51,638 nt of DNA, taken from positions 1-51,638 of the forward strand of contig CAZMRK010000030.1 in the NCBI GenBank assembly GCA_964568355.1, written 5' to 3'. The position numbers were made by a program, and so were the translations under genes. The number at the start of each line of letters is the position of its first letter. Within the stretch, counting starts at the first letter, position 1. Origin of the DNA: an uncultured Solibacteraceae bacterium (lineage in GTDB: Bacteria; Acidobacteriota; Terriglobia; Bryobacterales; Bryobacteraceae). The notes below the pieces were generated by a model, which saw only the letters and a program-made list of their open reading frames with translations, was not told the origin of the DNA and did no database searches. Positions 9,533 through 18,986 of the stretch are shown one piece after another.

Positions 9533-11017
9533 ATGATGACCCGGCGCAATCTGCTTTCCACCGCTCTGGCTGGCGCCCTGGCTCCGCTGCGCGCGGCTGC
9601 CGCGGCACAACGAAAGAACGTGTTGGTTCTCATGTCGGATCAGCACAAGCGGAGCTGCCTCGGCGCGGCAGGAGACGGCATCGCCCGGACGCCCAATCTG
9701 GACACGCTTGCCCGCGGCGGCGTCCGCTTTACCGATGCTTATTGCAGCAATCCGGTGTGCACCCCGTCGCGCGCTTCGATTCTGACGGGTCTGTATACCC
9801 ACAACCACGGCGCGCTCAATAATGCGACACCTTGGCCGGCTGAACACAAGACCATCGCTCACCATTTTGGCCGTGCCGGGTATTTCACCGCCCTTATCGG
9901 GAAAATGCACTTCGTCGATGCGCAGACGCATGGCTTCGACTACCGGCTGGACTTCAACGATTGGTATCAGTATCTGGGGCCGAAGACCAGGCTGTACGCC
10001 GACGAGCTGAGCCGCGCCAACTCGGGCTCCGGTATGCCGCAGATCGACGATCTCTGGCGCGATGCCGGCGACCCCTGGAAGGGAGCACGTGATCTCGACG
10101 ACCGCGAGGGCTTCGTCCATGTCGGCCGCGTATCGAAGCTCGCCGAGGCGGATCATTTCGAGAGTTTTGTGGCGCGGGAGGCGGTACGATTTCTGAGGCG
10201 ATACGGCGGTAAGGACGACCCGTTTTTCCTGGTGGCTTCCTTTCTGAAGCCACACGATCCTTTTATGCCTGCCCAGCGGTTCGCGGAGATGTTCCGGGCC
10301 GGCGACATGCACCTGCCGCCGAGCTGGGGCAAAGTCAACTTGAAGGAAGCCCCCGCCGTGGTGCGGCAGGCGATTCAGCGAAACGCGCCGACTCCGGAGC
10401 TACGCAATTTGGATGCCGCTCGCCGGCGCATCGCGTATTACTATGCGAACCTGGCGCAGATGGACGACTGCGCCGGCACTCTACTGCGCGCATTGCGCGA
10501 GTTGAATCTCGAAAAGGACACCATCGTCGTGTATACGTCGGACCACGGCGAGATGCTCGGAGAGCGCGGGCTATGGCAGAAGTTCGAATTCTATGAAGGT
10601 TCCTGCGGAATTCCGCTCATTGTCAGAGCGCCGGGGATGATCGGGCCGGGCGTGTGCCGAGCTCCGATCAGCCAGGTTGGCTTGCTCGCGACGCTGGCAG
10701 AGCTCTGCAATGTACCGGTCACGACGCCAGTGGATGAACCGGGTTTTGCGGCGCAGCTACGCAATCCCGCCCAGCCGCGCAAGGCGCCCGTGTTTTCCGA
10801 ATACGCCCTAGGGACTCGCAACGCCAAATACATGATCCGCGACGGCGACTACAAATACACCTTCTGGACGCACGATATCGCCGAGCTGTACAACCTGCGA
10901 GACGATCCCGATGAACTGAACAATCTGGCGCTCGATCGCGCGGGGCAGCCAGTGGCAGAGCGGCTGAAGCAGGAGCTGTTTCGGTGGCATCGACCCAGGG
11001 AATTAGAGAGGAACTGA
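9533..11017 (+). CDS. sulfatase (Cys-type, formylglycine-dependent), Tat-type signal
   Basis: MMTRRNLLSTALAGALAPLRAAAAA is a Tat-type signal. NVLVLMSDQH and CSNPVCTPSRASILTG contain the C-x-P-x-R sulfatase motif. YTSDHGEMLGE is also typical of the family. Confidence 0.9.
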   Translation: MMTRRNLLSTALAGALAPLRAAAAAQRKNVLVLMSDQHKRSCLGAAGDGIARTPNLDTLARGGVRFTDAYCSNPVCTPSRASILTGLYTHNHGALNNATPWPAEHKTIAHHFGRAGYFTALIGKMHFVDAQTHGFDYRLDFNDWYQYLGPKTRLYADELSRANSGSGMPQIDDLWRDAGDPWKGARDLDDREGFVHVGRVSKLAEADHFESFVAREAVRFLRRYGGKDDPFFLVASFLKPHDPFMPAQRFAEMFRAGDMHLPPSWGKVNLKEAPAVVRQAIQRNAPTPELRNLDAARRRIAYYYANLAQMDDCAGTLLRALRELNLEKDTIVVYTSDHGEMLGERGLWQKFEFYEGSCGIPLIVRAPGMIGPGVCRAPISQVGLLATLAELCNVPVTTPVDEPGFAAQLRNPAQPRKAPVFSEYALGTRNAKYMIRDGDYKYTFWTHDIAELYNLRDDPDELNNLALDRAGQPVAERLKQELFRWHRPRELERN

Positions 11018-11178
11018 ATCCATGACGATTCGGCTTGCACCTTCACGGTTGAAATTGTATTTTTGACGCCCGGCTGGAATTCCTGTCTGGAATATTACGG
11101 ATGCCGCGTGGGTGGGAACCGCCAAGAAATACGGCGAGCAATATATGATGGGGTATTCAATGGAGATCGACTAGCCTG

Positions 11179-12399
11179 ATGTGGCGATATCCCATCCGGA
11201 AATTTTCATGTGTGCTGGTGCTTTTCACATGCCTGGCTTGCGTGCCACCGGCAGTTGAAGCGGGCGGCGCGTCTGCTGACGCTGTGATCGAAGGAACACC
11301 GCTCTGCGTCCGGTTACAAAGCGCGATCAGTTCTACGCATTCTGCGGAGGGCAGCCGTGTGGAGGCGATCGTGGTGCAGCCATATTCCAGCAAAGCTAGC
11401 GACATCCCGGTTGGCAGCAGGGTTGCGGGCGTCGTGACGAGCGGTACAAAGCGCAAAGCCACGCTCCGGTTGCATTTTGACTCCATCGCAATCGACGGCA
11501 GGGAACAACCATTTGCGGCGCGCGTGAGAGAGGTCGACAATGCGCGCGAGCAGGTAGAGCCGGACGGAACGATTGTTGGGCTCGATCCGCTCCGCAAGCG
11601 CCCGGGCAAGGTCGAGATGGTGCTGCTGGCCGCGGCTCACGCGCATCCCGCCCTCCTGGTGTCGATGGAAACCACCAAGTATGTCGTGCACAAGGTCGAT
11701 CGCGTGCAAGTACACTACCCGCCGGGGACCGACATGGCGCTCACCGTCGAAAGTCTGGTGGTCCAGCCACCGGTGCGATTGCAGCAGGCGGAGTTGCCGG
11801 TTTCGAAAGGGCTGGCGCGTCTGTTGAATGAACTGCCCAACCGGACTGAGGCGAAGCATCTTTCGATTCCTTCGGACTGGGTCAACCTGGCATTTCTCGG
11901 CAGTCGGGAAAACCTGATGCAAGCATTTGAGAATGCAGGTTGGCACACTGCCGCTCAGTTATCGATGCGGACGGAGACGAAGACATTCTTCGCAATCGCT
12001 GAGCATCACGCCTATCAGAGCGCACCGGTTTCGACGCTGCTGATCGGCGGAAGAGAACCGGACCTGGTTTTTCAGAAGCAGAACAACACGTTTGCCAAGC
12101 GGCATCACATCCGCATCTGGTTCACCGACAAGGTTTGGGATGGCAAGCCGGTTTGGATTGCGGCTGCGACTCACGATATTGGAATCGAGTTTTCGAGTAA
12201 GGCACGGACGTTTTCGCATCGGGTCGATCCGGAAGCAGATCGGGAGCGCCTCAAGGTGATTTGGGATCTACGTTTTACGGGGCAGGCGAGCGCGCCCTTG
12301 TATCTGAGCCGTCCGGAGATCCCGCGAGAGAGCCGGAACGGCACGGGTGATGTCGTTCGCACCGATGGGCGACTGGCCGTGGTGCGGATTGTGCCGTAA
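11179..12399 (+). CDS. LssY-like C-terminal domain protein (exported, function unknown)
   Basis: The N-terminus is signal- or lipoprotein-like (FSCVLVLFTCLACVPPAVEA). The C-terminal HHIRIWFTDKVWDGKPVWIAAATHDIGIEFS is characteristic of the LssY_C family. Confidence 0.75.
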   Translation: MWRYPIRKFSCVLVLFTCLACVPPAVEAGGASADAVIEGTPLCVRLQSAISSTHSAEGSRVEAIVVQPYSSKASDIPVGSRVAGVVTSGTKRKATLRLHFDSIAIDGREQPFAARVREVDNAREQVEPDGTIVGLDPLRKRPGKVEMVLLAAAHAHPALLVSMETTKYVVHKVDRVQVHYPPGTDMALTVESLVVQPPVRLQQAELPVSKGLARLLNELPNRTEAKHLSIPSDWVNLAFLGSRENLMQAFENAGWHTAAQLSMRTETKTFFAIAEHHAYQSAPVSTLLIGGREPDLVFQKQNNTFAKRHHIRIWFTDKVWDGKPVWIAAATHDIGIEFSSKARTFSHRVDPEADRERLKVIWDLRFTGQASAPLYLSRPEIPRESRNGTGDVVRTDGRLAVVRIVP

Positions 12400-12757
12400 T
12401 CGAGGGTTCTCCTGTGCCGGTGAATGAAACGAAAGGGGTCGTGGAGGATTCGCTGTCGCTGAGGACCTGCTTCGACCCGAGTGCAGTTTTCTGAGAAAAT
12501 CCGGTGAAGTCGCGGATTCAGGTCCCGCGACGATGAGGGATATTGAATCAAACTTATTCATGCCAATGACCGATCGCAGTTGATGCACTAGTAGAGCGTC
12601 CCGGTGATTTTGAAACCATCCAAAACGTCGACGAGAGCGTCGACGCTGCGCGCTAAAGCGCACGCCACGGCGCTTCGCTCCACGAGAGAGCAGCCGCAGC
12701 CTGAATTTGTGACGTTGGCGGCGGACGGTTGCCCAACGCCGTCGCGCCGCTGCTGCG

Positions 12758-13147
12758 TCATTTTGCGGGGACGAGTACCGGAGCGCCTTTGTCCTTCACC
12801 AGGAACACCACGAATTTTGCAGGCCGGGTACTGCTTGCGTTCCGTCCGACGACGTGCACATCGTCGGGGCCCTCATAGAAAGCCTGTCCTGGAGTCAGCG
12901 TCAGTTGCTTCCCGCCCTTCACTTGCATCACCACGGAACCTTCCAGGATGTAGATAAATCCATGCGCATTGTGCCGGTGGATTGGATCTGAAGCTCCAGG
13001 CGGGTAGTCCACCACGATCATCGATCCCTCCTTGCCAGGACTCTCCTTAAGGTCCCTCGACAGGAGCGGGGTGACTTTGGCTTCCTGTGCAAGCGCAGCA
13101 TAGGCCACAAGGCTTGCCAGAAGTAACAGCAGCGTTTTGTTTTTCAT
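12758..13147 (-). CDS. secreted cupin-domain protein
   Basis: The ORF is 12758..13192. ATG 13147 gives the signal peptide MKNKTLLLLLASLVAYAALA. The cupin motifs are GASDPIHRHNAHGFIYILEGSV....GQAFYEGPDDVHVVGN. Confidence 0.85.
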   Translation of the reverse strand: MKNKTLLLLLASLVAYAALAQEAKVTPLLSRDLKESPGKEGSMIVVDYPPGASDPIHRHNAHGFIYILEGSVVMQVKGGKQLTLTPGQAFYEGPDDVHVVGRNASSTRPAKFVVFLVKDKGAPVLVPAK

Positions 13148-13356
13148 GGAGTGAATCCTTCCGGCTCCCCGTGAATGCAAGCGTGTTTCCATCGGGCGTC
13201 GACGCCAGTGGTGGCCACCGGCCGCTCAAGTCTGTGCCACGCATCTGAAAGCGGTTCGTAGTCCTTGCGCAGAAAGTCTTTCTCTTCTACCGGCGGTTTC
13301 TCAGGGAGGGCCGTGGACATCCGCAATAGGCTCTTTGCCGCATCGCGGGTTACCAA
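13144..13356 (-). CDS. possible small ORF (70 aa) translationally coupled to the cupin gene
   Basis: Its TGA stop (13146..13144) overlaps the cupin ATG (13147..13145) as ATGA. Its composition (K/D/E/L-containing, PEKPPVEEKDFLRKDYEPLSDAWHRLERP) is less shadow-like than neighbouring ORFs. It has no recognisable family, a TTG start and no clear Shine-Dalgarno sequence. Confidence 0.25.
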   Translation of the reverse strand: MVTRDAAKSLLRMSTALPEKPPVEEKDFLRKDYEPLSDAWHRLERPVATTGVDARWKHACIHGEPEGFTP

Positions 13357-13920
13357 AAGCGCCGTACGTTATTTCGTGAAGGATGTGGTGCGCTTCCGCC
13401 GCGGTTACGAGATAGCGTCAAGGCTTGTCAGTGCGCTCGTTCAAGGGTGCCGCTAAGTGGTTCGCCGCCAGGTGAATCAGTTGAGGCGGCTGGTTTGGAG
13501 CGCATTGGCCGGTTGCATGCATTGCCAGAAAGCGCCGTCAGAAGCTGCGCGGTCAATGAGATTGCATCCTGTGGTGGAGCACTGAACGGACTGCTATGCT
13601 TCGCACGAACGCAGTATCCGGCTGGGTCGGAGACCAAAGCAGAACTGTTCGGGGAGTTGTTGTGCCGTAGCGATGTTTTGTAGTTTCCCATCGCGTATTG
13701 CCAACCGAAGGAGAACGGCGGCAGGTTGGCAAACGGCGACAGAAAAGGGGCTGCTGCTAGAAAAACAAACGTGTAGCAAGGTTTTTGCCGTTTCCCTTGC
13801 GCGCGACTCTCGAAGAGACGTTAAAGCGTCTTCAAGAACTACCTGGGAGGGTCGGCACAATTACCCATACGACGCGGCAGCCTACCTTGAAGATTTTGTA
13901 GGATCTCGTAGAATTGTCTG

Positions 13921-14799
13921 GTGGGACCCGCAACCTATGACCAGGGCCTCTCAGCCTTTTTCAGTGTACGCCCCCGGCTGTTTGGCATCGCCTACCGCAT
14001 GCTCGGGAGTGTGGCCGAGGCCGATGATCTTGTGCAGGATGTCTGGTTGCGATGGCAGTCCACGAACCGCGGTGCCGTCCAGGACCCACCTGCGTACCTC
14101 GCAACGACCACGACGCGACTAGCGATTAACGTCGCCCAGTCCGCACGCTCGCGCCGCGAAACATACGTCGGAACCTGGCTGCCGGAACCAATCGATACCA
14201 GCAACGATCCCCGATTGGGAGCGGAACGAAGCGAAGCCCTGGAACTGGCGGTCCTCCTCTTGCTGGAAAAGCTCGCTCCTTCAGAACGGGCGGCCTACAT
14301 CCTGCGGGAAGCATTCGACTATTCCTATGCGCAGATCGCGGACGTCCTTCATCTGAGTGAGGACAACGCACGGCAGCTTGTTTCGCGCGCCCGGAAGCAT
14401 ATCACGGACGGGCGCCGCAGGCCAGTGGACTCCGCCGAGCAGCGGCGGCTTCTTGACGTGTTTATCGCCGCCGCCCGTAAAGGAGATCTCCCCGCACTGG
14501 AGGGTCTCCTGGCATCCGATGTCGTCTCCTACTCGGACGGGGGCGGAGTGGTACGGGCGGCGCAGTACCCAGTCATGGGCCGCGAGCGCGTAGCGAAGTT
14601 CATCTCCGCATTCTCTTCCCATTTCTGGACCGGGGTAACTATTTCGTTCGTGGAAGCAAATGGGCAGGCATGCATGCTCATGTCACGCGATGGCGCTGTC
14701 GTTGCGCTCGCGACTATCGACGCGTCGGAACACGGCATCGAGCAGATCATGTGGATCATGCGGCCGAGCAAGCTTGCTGGGATCACACTGTCGCGCTAA
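13921..14799 (+). CDS. ECF sigma factor with fused C-terminal SnoaL-like domain (ECF41 / SigJ type)
   Basis: FFSVRPRLFGIAYRMLGSVAEADDLVQDVWLRWQS is region 2. ERAAYILREAFDYSYAQIADVLHLSEDNARQLVSRARKHI is the region 4 HTH. A C-terminal extension of about 100 aa follows (LEGLLASDVVSYSDGGG...). No anti-sigma gene is adjacent. Confidence 0.88.
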   Translation: MGPATYDQGLSAFFSVRPRLFGIAYRMLGSVAEADDLVQDVWLRWQSTNRGAVQDPPAYLATTTTRLAINVAQSARSRRETYVGTWLPEPIDTSNDPRLGAERSEALELAVLLLLEKLAPSERAAYILREAFDYSYAQIADVLHLSEDNARQLVSRARKHITDGRRRPVDSAEQRRLLDVFIAAARKGDLPALEGLLASDVVSYSDGGGVVRAAQYPVMGRERVAKFISAFSSHFWTGVTISFVEANGQACMLMSRDGAVVALATIDASEHGIEQIMWIMRPSKLAGITLSR

Positions 14800-14878
14800 T
14801 GGTCGAATAGTCGGTATCCATCAGATTGCAGTGGGCTAACCGCGCCGCAAATGTGCATTTTCGAACATTTTGAGGACC

Positions 14879-14905
14879 TGTCACAAAATCGTCCCCTGGC
14901 TTGTC
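14879..14905 (+). promoter_or_regulatory. candidate ECF41-type promoter (TGTCACA-N16-TGTC) upstream of the sigma-54 activator gene
   Basis: TGTCACA lies at 14879..14885 and TGTC at 14902..14905 after a 16-nt spacer. As I recall it, the reported ECF41 target motif is TGTCACA-N16-CGTC. This element has one mismatch in the -10 part. Confidence 0.3.
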
Positions 14906-14983
14906 ATTGCTGTTGCTGCGTTCGCGGACGGGTGAGGCGCCTGTCGGCATCGAACAACATCCAAATTGCGAGGAGAAAAATCT

Positions 14984-17014
14984 ATGGTGCCCACGATTAC
15001 CGAAAGTCTTGTCGACGACATTGCAGGGCGGAGCCGGAACGCTTCGCTTGAAATCGAAATCCTGCAGAACATTCAAGCTGTCGCTTGGACGGTAACACCG
15101 GACGGCCAGATGGATTTCATCAACCGGTTCTATCTGGACGCCACGGGACTACAGTTGGCAGATTGTACCGCTCCTCCTCACCTTTGGAACAGAGACGGAA
15201 GCAGTCTTCCGCCCTTTCTCGCGAGCCTCCATCCGGACCACAAAGAGCGCATCCGGAAGATTTTCTGGGATGGAATTCGCTCCGGGCGAGGGTGGACGTT
15301 CGAAGCGCCTTTCTTCCATCGCGACGACGGCCAATACCACTGGCATCTGGACCGCGCGGTTCCCGTTCATGATCGGTATGGAAACGTTGTTCGCTTTGTT
15401 GGCACGTGCGCCGATATCAATGAACTGAAGCAGGCGGAAGAAAAGAATCTGGCGCTGCTGGAAATCAGCAATGCAATTACCAGCCAGCCTCCTCACCGTC
15501 CACGCTACACGCTTTCCCCTCCCTCCTATTGTTGCCCAGCATTCAATGCTCTATGCGAGGGCTTACGCAGGGTGATGATGGTTGAGTGGGCCGACCTCGC
15601 GATGTACGAAGCGAAAGATGATGTATTTACGACGCTTTGCACAAACGGTGAGCAGGATCTCAAGAATTTCGAACCTCAACGTGAAACCGGGCGCGAGGGC
15701 AACAGCGCCGGCTGGGTCTTCGAGCATCGTCAGCCCCTGCTCCGGTCCGATCTCGAAGTCGAACTCCGGTATACGGATGAACGCCAAATGGCCGCGGCGG
15801 GCATGCGCGCGTACGCGATTGTACCCCTGCTGAACCGGGAGAATTGCACAGGAGTGTTGAGGGTAGCCAGCAAGATTCCTTCCGCTTACTCTGCATCCGA
15901 AGCAGAGTTCCTATTAGAAGTTGCCAAGCAACTGTCGCTTGCGGTGGAGAACCTGAAGGCCTACGAGGAGATTGCTTCCCTGAAGGCAAAACTTGAAATA
16001 GAGAATACCTACCTGCAGGAGGAGATCCGCAAGGAGCACAACTTCGACGAAATCATTGGGAATAGTCCGCAACTACTCAAGCTGCTCGACCGCGTGGAAT
16101 CCGCCGCCCCGACTGATGCGAATGTGTTGATCATCGGCGAGACGGGGTGTGGGAAGGAACTCATTGCCCGTGCGATTCACAGCCGAAGCACGCGCAGGAA
16201 CAGCCCTTTGGTGAAGGTAAACTGTGGCGCCATTCCGTCGGGCCTGGTTGAAAGTGAGCTTTTCGGGCACGTCAAGGGGGCCTTCACCAGCGCGTCCGAA
16301 CGCCGCATCGGCCGCTTCGAATTGGCTAACAACGGAACGCTATTTCTCGACGAAGTCGGTGAACTGCCGCTTGAAACCCAGGTGAAATTGCTTCGCGTTT
16401 TACAGGAGCAGGAATTCGAGCCAGTGGGCAGCAATCATACGATCCGGGTGAACGTCCGGATTATTGCCGCCACGAACCGCGATCTCGAGAAGGCCGTCCA
16501 ATCCGGAGGGTTCCGGTCTGATCTTTACTACCGTCTGAATGTTATTCCGTTACGCGTTCCGGCATTGCGGGAGCGCAGAACGGACATCCCTCAAATCGTG
16601 ATGGCCTGCCTTCAGCAATCGGCAAAACGAACAGGGAAATCGATCCAATCGGTTTCACAGGAGACCATGAGGCTGTTGGCGGACTACTCCTGGCCTGGGA
16701 ACATCCGCGAACTTCAAAACGTGATCGAGCGGGGTGTTGTTCTCTCCAAGGGCTCCGTTCTCAAGCTCGGAGCGGATCTCCTGCCGATTGAGGAACCCAA
16801 AACCTGCGTGGAGCCGGATGCGATCGCTGAGGCAAACACCGGTGATTCACTCGAAGAAGTGCAACGCCAGCATATTCTGCGAGTGCTCAACAGGACCGGC
16901 TGGGTGATAAGCGGACCCAACGGAGCAGGAGCCATTCTGGACATTCACCCGAACACCCTTCGCAGTTTGATGAGCAGGCTGGGAATTCGGCGTACGCTTC
17001 AAGCTGTTTCGTAA
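14984..17014 (+). CDS. sigma-54-dependent transcriptional activator (PAS-GAF-AAA+-Fis HTH)
   Basis: The ORF opens at TTG 14966, but ATG 14984 is preceded by GAGGAG with an 8-nt spacer. There is a PAS-like N-terminus and a GAF region. The AAA+ motifs are GETGCGKELIARAIH, GAFTSA (GAFTGA loop variant) and LFLDEVGEL. The C-terminal HTH is GAGAILDIHPNTLRSLMSRLGI. Confidence 0.92.
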   Translation: MVPTITESLVDDIAGRSRNASLEIEILQNIQAVAWTVTPDGQMDFINRFYLDATGLQLADCTAPPHLWNRDGSSLPPFLASLHPDHKERIRKIFWDGIRSGRGWTFEAPFFHRDDGQYHWHLDRAVPVHDRYGNVVRFVGTCADINELKQAEEKNLALLEISNAITSQPPHRPRYTLSPPSYCCPAFNALCEGLRRVMMVEWADLAMYEAKDDVFTTLCTNGEQDLKNFEPQRETGREGNSAGWVFEHRQPLLRSDLEVELRYTDERQMAAAGMRAYAIVPLLNRENCTGVLRVASKIPSAYSASEAEFLLEVAKQLSLAVENLKAYEEIASLKAKLEIENTYLQEEIRKEHNFDEIIGNSPQLLKLLDRVESAAPTDANVLIIGETGCGKELIARAIHSRSTRRNSPLVKVNCGAIPSGLVESELFGHVKGAFTSASERRIGRFELANNGTLFLDEVGELPLETQVKLLRVLQEQEFEPVGSNHTIRVNVRIIAATNRDLEKAVQSGGFRSDLYYRLNVIPLRVPALRERRTDIPQIVMACLQQSAKRTGKSIQSVSQETMRLLADYSWPGNIRELQNVIERGVVLSKGSVLKLGADLLPIEEPKTCVEPDAIAEANTGDSLEEVQRQHILRVLNRTGWVISGPNGAGAILDIHPNTLRSLMSRLGIRRTLQAVS

Positions 17015-17030
17015 GCGATGCTGCGCCGTC

Positions 17031-17083
17031 ACGCTATTTCGCAGGTAGCAGAACCAAGGCCCTCGTGGTTCACGAAATAGCGT
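17031..17083 (+). promoter_or_regulatory. composite inverted repeat (candidate enhancer/UAS, or terminator of the activator gene)
   Basis: The perfect 11-bp arms are ACGCTATTTCG (17031..17041) and CGAAATAGCGT (17073..17083). The inner 6-bp arms are GAACCA (17051..17056) and TGGTTC (17066..17071). The repeat starts 17 nt after the activator stop. Its centre lies about 115 bp upstream of the candidate -24 element. Confidence 0.45.
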
Positions 17084-17171
17084 CTGCATTGATCCGTGCG
17101 CTCTCCCGCGTGTCGACGTTAGGTGTTTTGTCTCTGCGCCAATCGCAAGATTTGAAGGCTTGAGGCCGCAT

Positions 17172-17189
17172 TGGACAAGCGCGTGCATT
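17172..17189 (+). promoter_or_regulatory. candidate sigma-54 (-24/-12) promoter
   Basis: The element reads TGGACAAGCGCGTGCATT. GG at 17173-17174 and GC at 17185-17186 have the canonical 12-nt register of TGGCACG-N4-TTGCW. It lies about 70 nt upstream of ATG 17256 and directly downstream of a sigma-54 activator gene. Confidence 0.4.
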
Positions 17190-17255
17190 CTTCTTAGTGG
17201 CCAGCAACTGAGTCGCAGCCAAAGCGCATCAGCGGCCGCTGAATAGGAGACACGA

Positions 17256-18101
17256 ATGAACACAGTACGGACCAAAGATGGAGCAGAGATCTACTACAAG
17301 GATTGGGGCGCGGGGCAGGCGATCGTGTTTAGCCACGGTTGGCCCTTGTCGTCGGATGCGTGGTCGGGACAAATGCTTTTCTTCGCTCAGCGCGGCTACC
17401 GCGTGATCGCCCATGACCGCCGGGGCCACGGACGCTCAACTCAAACCACCACTCACAACGACATGAACAGTTACGCCGACGACCTCGCGGCGGTGCTGGA
17501 CCAGCTAGATGTGAAGGACGCCGTGCTGGTCGGCCACTCTACCGGCGGGGGCGAAGTGACCCGCTATATCGGCCGCCATGGAACGAAACGCGTGGCCAAG
17601 GCGGTTCTGATTTCCGCGGTTCCACCGATTATGGTCAAAACGGACGCGAATCCGGAGGGGCTCCCGATAGAAGTCTTCGATGGCTTGCGCGACAGTGTTG
17701 CCAAGGATCCCTCGCAGTTCTACAAGGACTTTGCCGTTCTTTTCTACGGCGCCAACCGGCCGGGAGCCAAAGTCTCGCAGGGCCTGCTCGATCAGATCTG
17801 GCTGTTGAGCATGCAGGCCGGCGTGCAGAACGTTTATGAATGCATCAAGGCATTCTCCGAAACCGATTTCACCGAGGACCTCAAGAGGTTCGATATCCCG
17901 ACGCTGCTACTTCACGGCGAAGACGATCAGATCGTTCCTGTGGGGGACTCGGCGAGGAAAGCGGCGAAGCTGATTCGGGATGTGAATGCAATCTACTATC
18001 CCGGCGCACCCCACGGTATCACAGCGACCCACCTGGATCAGGTAAACCGCGACTTGCTGCAGTTCCTGAAAAGGGACGGCAATAGCTCGAAAGCGGCCTG
18101 A
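17256..18101 (+). CDS. alpha/beta hydrolase of the non-heme haloperoxidase / perhydrolase-arylesterase type
   Basis: AGGAGA precedes the [39 protein letters not shown] and the nucleophile elbow [10 protein letters not shown] are near-textbook for this subfamily. Confidence 0.92.
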   Translation: MNTVRTKDGAEIYYKDWGAGQAIVFSHGWPLSSDAWSGQMLFFAQRGYRVIAHDRRGHGRSTQTTTHNDMNSYADDLAAVLDQLDVKDAVLVGHSTGGGEVTRYIGRHGTKRVAKAVLISAVPPIMVKTDANPEGLPIEVFDGLRDSVAKDPSQFYKDFAVLFYGANRPGAKVSQGLLDQIWLLSMQAGVQNVYECIKAFSETDFTEDLKRFDIPTLLLHGEDDQIVPVGDSARKAAKLIRDVNAIYYPGAPHGITATHLDQVNRDLLQFLKRDGNSSKAA

Positions 18102-18200
18102 AACGTTGCGGGCAGACAACCCTCGCCCGGATTGATCTGCCCCAATTCCGATCGTTTAGCAGCTTAGCTTAGCAGGACTCGATCACACGAAGGGGATATT

Positions 18201-18986
18201 GTGCAGACACTTGAAGGAAACAGTCGCGAAGACCTCCGTGTCCACAGGCGGCCACTGGACGGAAAGACTGCTCTGATCACCGGCGGATCTCGAGGGATCG
18301 GTGCTGGAATCGTGCGCCGCCTTGCCGGCGATGGAGCCGCAGTTGCCTTTACCTACTCAGCGTCGGAGGCGAAGGCGAGACAACTGGAGCAGGAAGTCGA
18401 AGCGCTAGGCGGACGAACTCTGGCGCTAAAGGCAGACAGTTCGTCCGATTCCACGTTGCGGGAAGCCGTGCGTAACGCCGCAGAGATGCTCGGCGGTCTC
18501 GACATTTTCGTGAGTAACGCCGGCATATTCAAAGTGGGACTTGTTGATGAATTCCCCCTCGAAGAGCTGGATCGGCTCATAGCAATGAATGTCCGCGCTG
18601 TATTCGTCGGCATTCAAGCAGCGGTGAAGGAGATGAGGGATGGAGGGCGGGTCATTACGATTGGCAGTAGCGCCGCCAATCGAATCGCGTTTCCGGGAAT
18701 CAGCGCCTACAGCATGACGAAGGCCGCCATTCAGGGTCTCGTGCGAGGACTGGCGGTCGACCTGGCGCCGCGCGCGATCACGGTCAACAACGTTCAGCCT
18801 GGCCCGATAGCTACGGAGATCAATCCAGTCAGCGGCCCTGAGGCAGATTCCCTGCAAAAGATGATTCTTCTGCGGCGCTACGGCACCGATGAAGAGGTTG
18901 CGTCGGTGGTAGCGTACTTATCCACTGCCGGCGCGGCCTTTGTAACCGGTGCGAGCATCACGGTGGACGGCGGCTACGGAATTTGA
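18201..18986 (+). CDS. short-chain dehydrogenase/reductase (SDR)
   Basis: GTG start. TALITGGSRGIGAGI is the TGxxxGxG motif, NAG is present, and YSMTK is the YxxxK catalytic motif. Confidence 0.9.
   Translation: MQTLEGNSREDLRVHRRPLDGKTALITGGSRGIGAGIVRRLAGDGAAVAFTYSASEAKARQLEQEVEALGGRTLALKADSSSDSTLREAVRNAAEMLGGLDIFVSNAGIFKVGLVDEFPLEELDRLIAMNVRAVFVGIQAAVKEMRDGGRVITIGSSAANRIAFPGISAYSMTKAAIQGLVRGLAVDLAPRAITVNNVQPGPIATEINPVSGPEADSLQKMILLRRYGTDEEVASVVAYLSTAGAAFVTGASITVDGGYGI

Noticed and set aside
15490-15550. Pro-rich stretch (PPHRPRYTLSPPSYCCP) between the PAS and GAF domains of the sigma-54 activator, considered as a pair of compensating frameshifts
   Set aside because: The alternative frames hit stops shortly downstream and do not give a better GAF lead-in. 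It is most simply a variable linker.
18155-18176. TTAGC-AGC-TTAGC-TTAGC short tandem pattern upstream of the SDR gene
   Set aside because: It consists of only three 5-mers, has no flanking structure and is plausibly chance.
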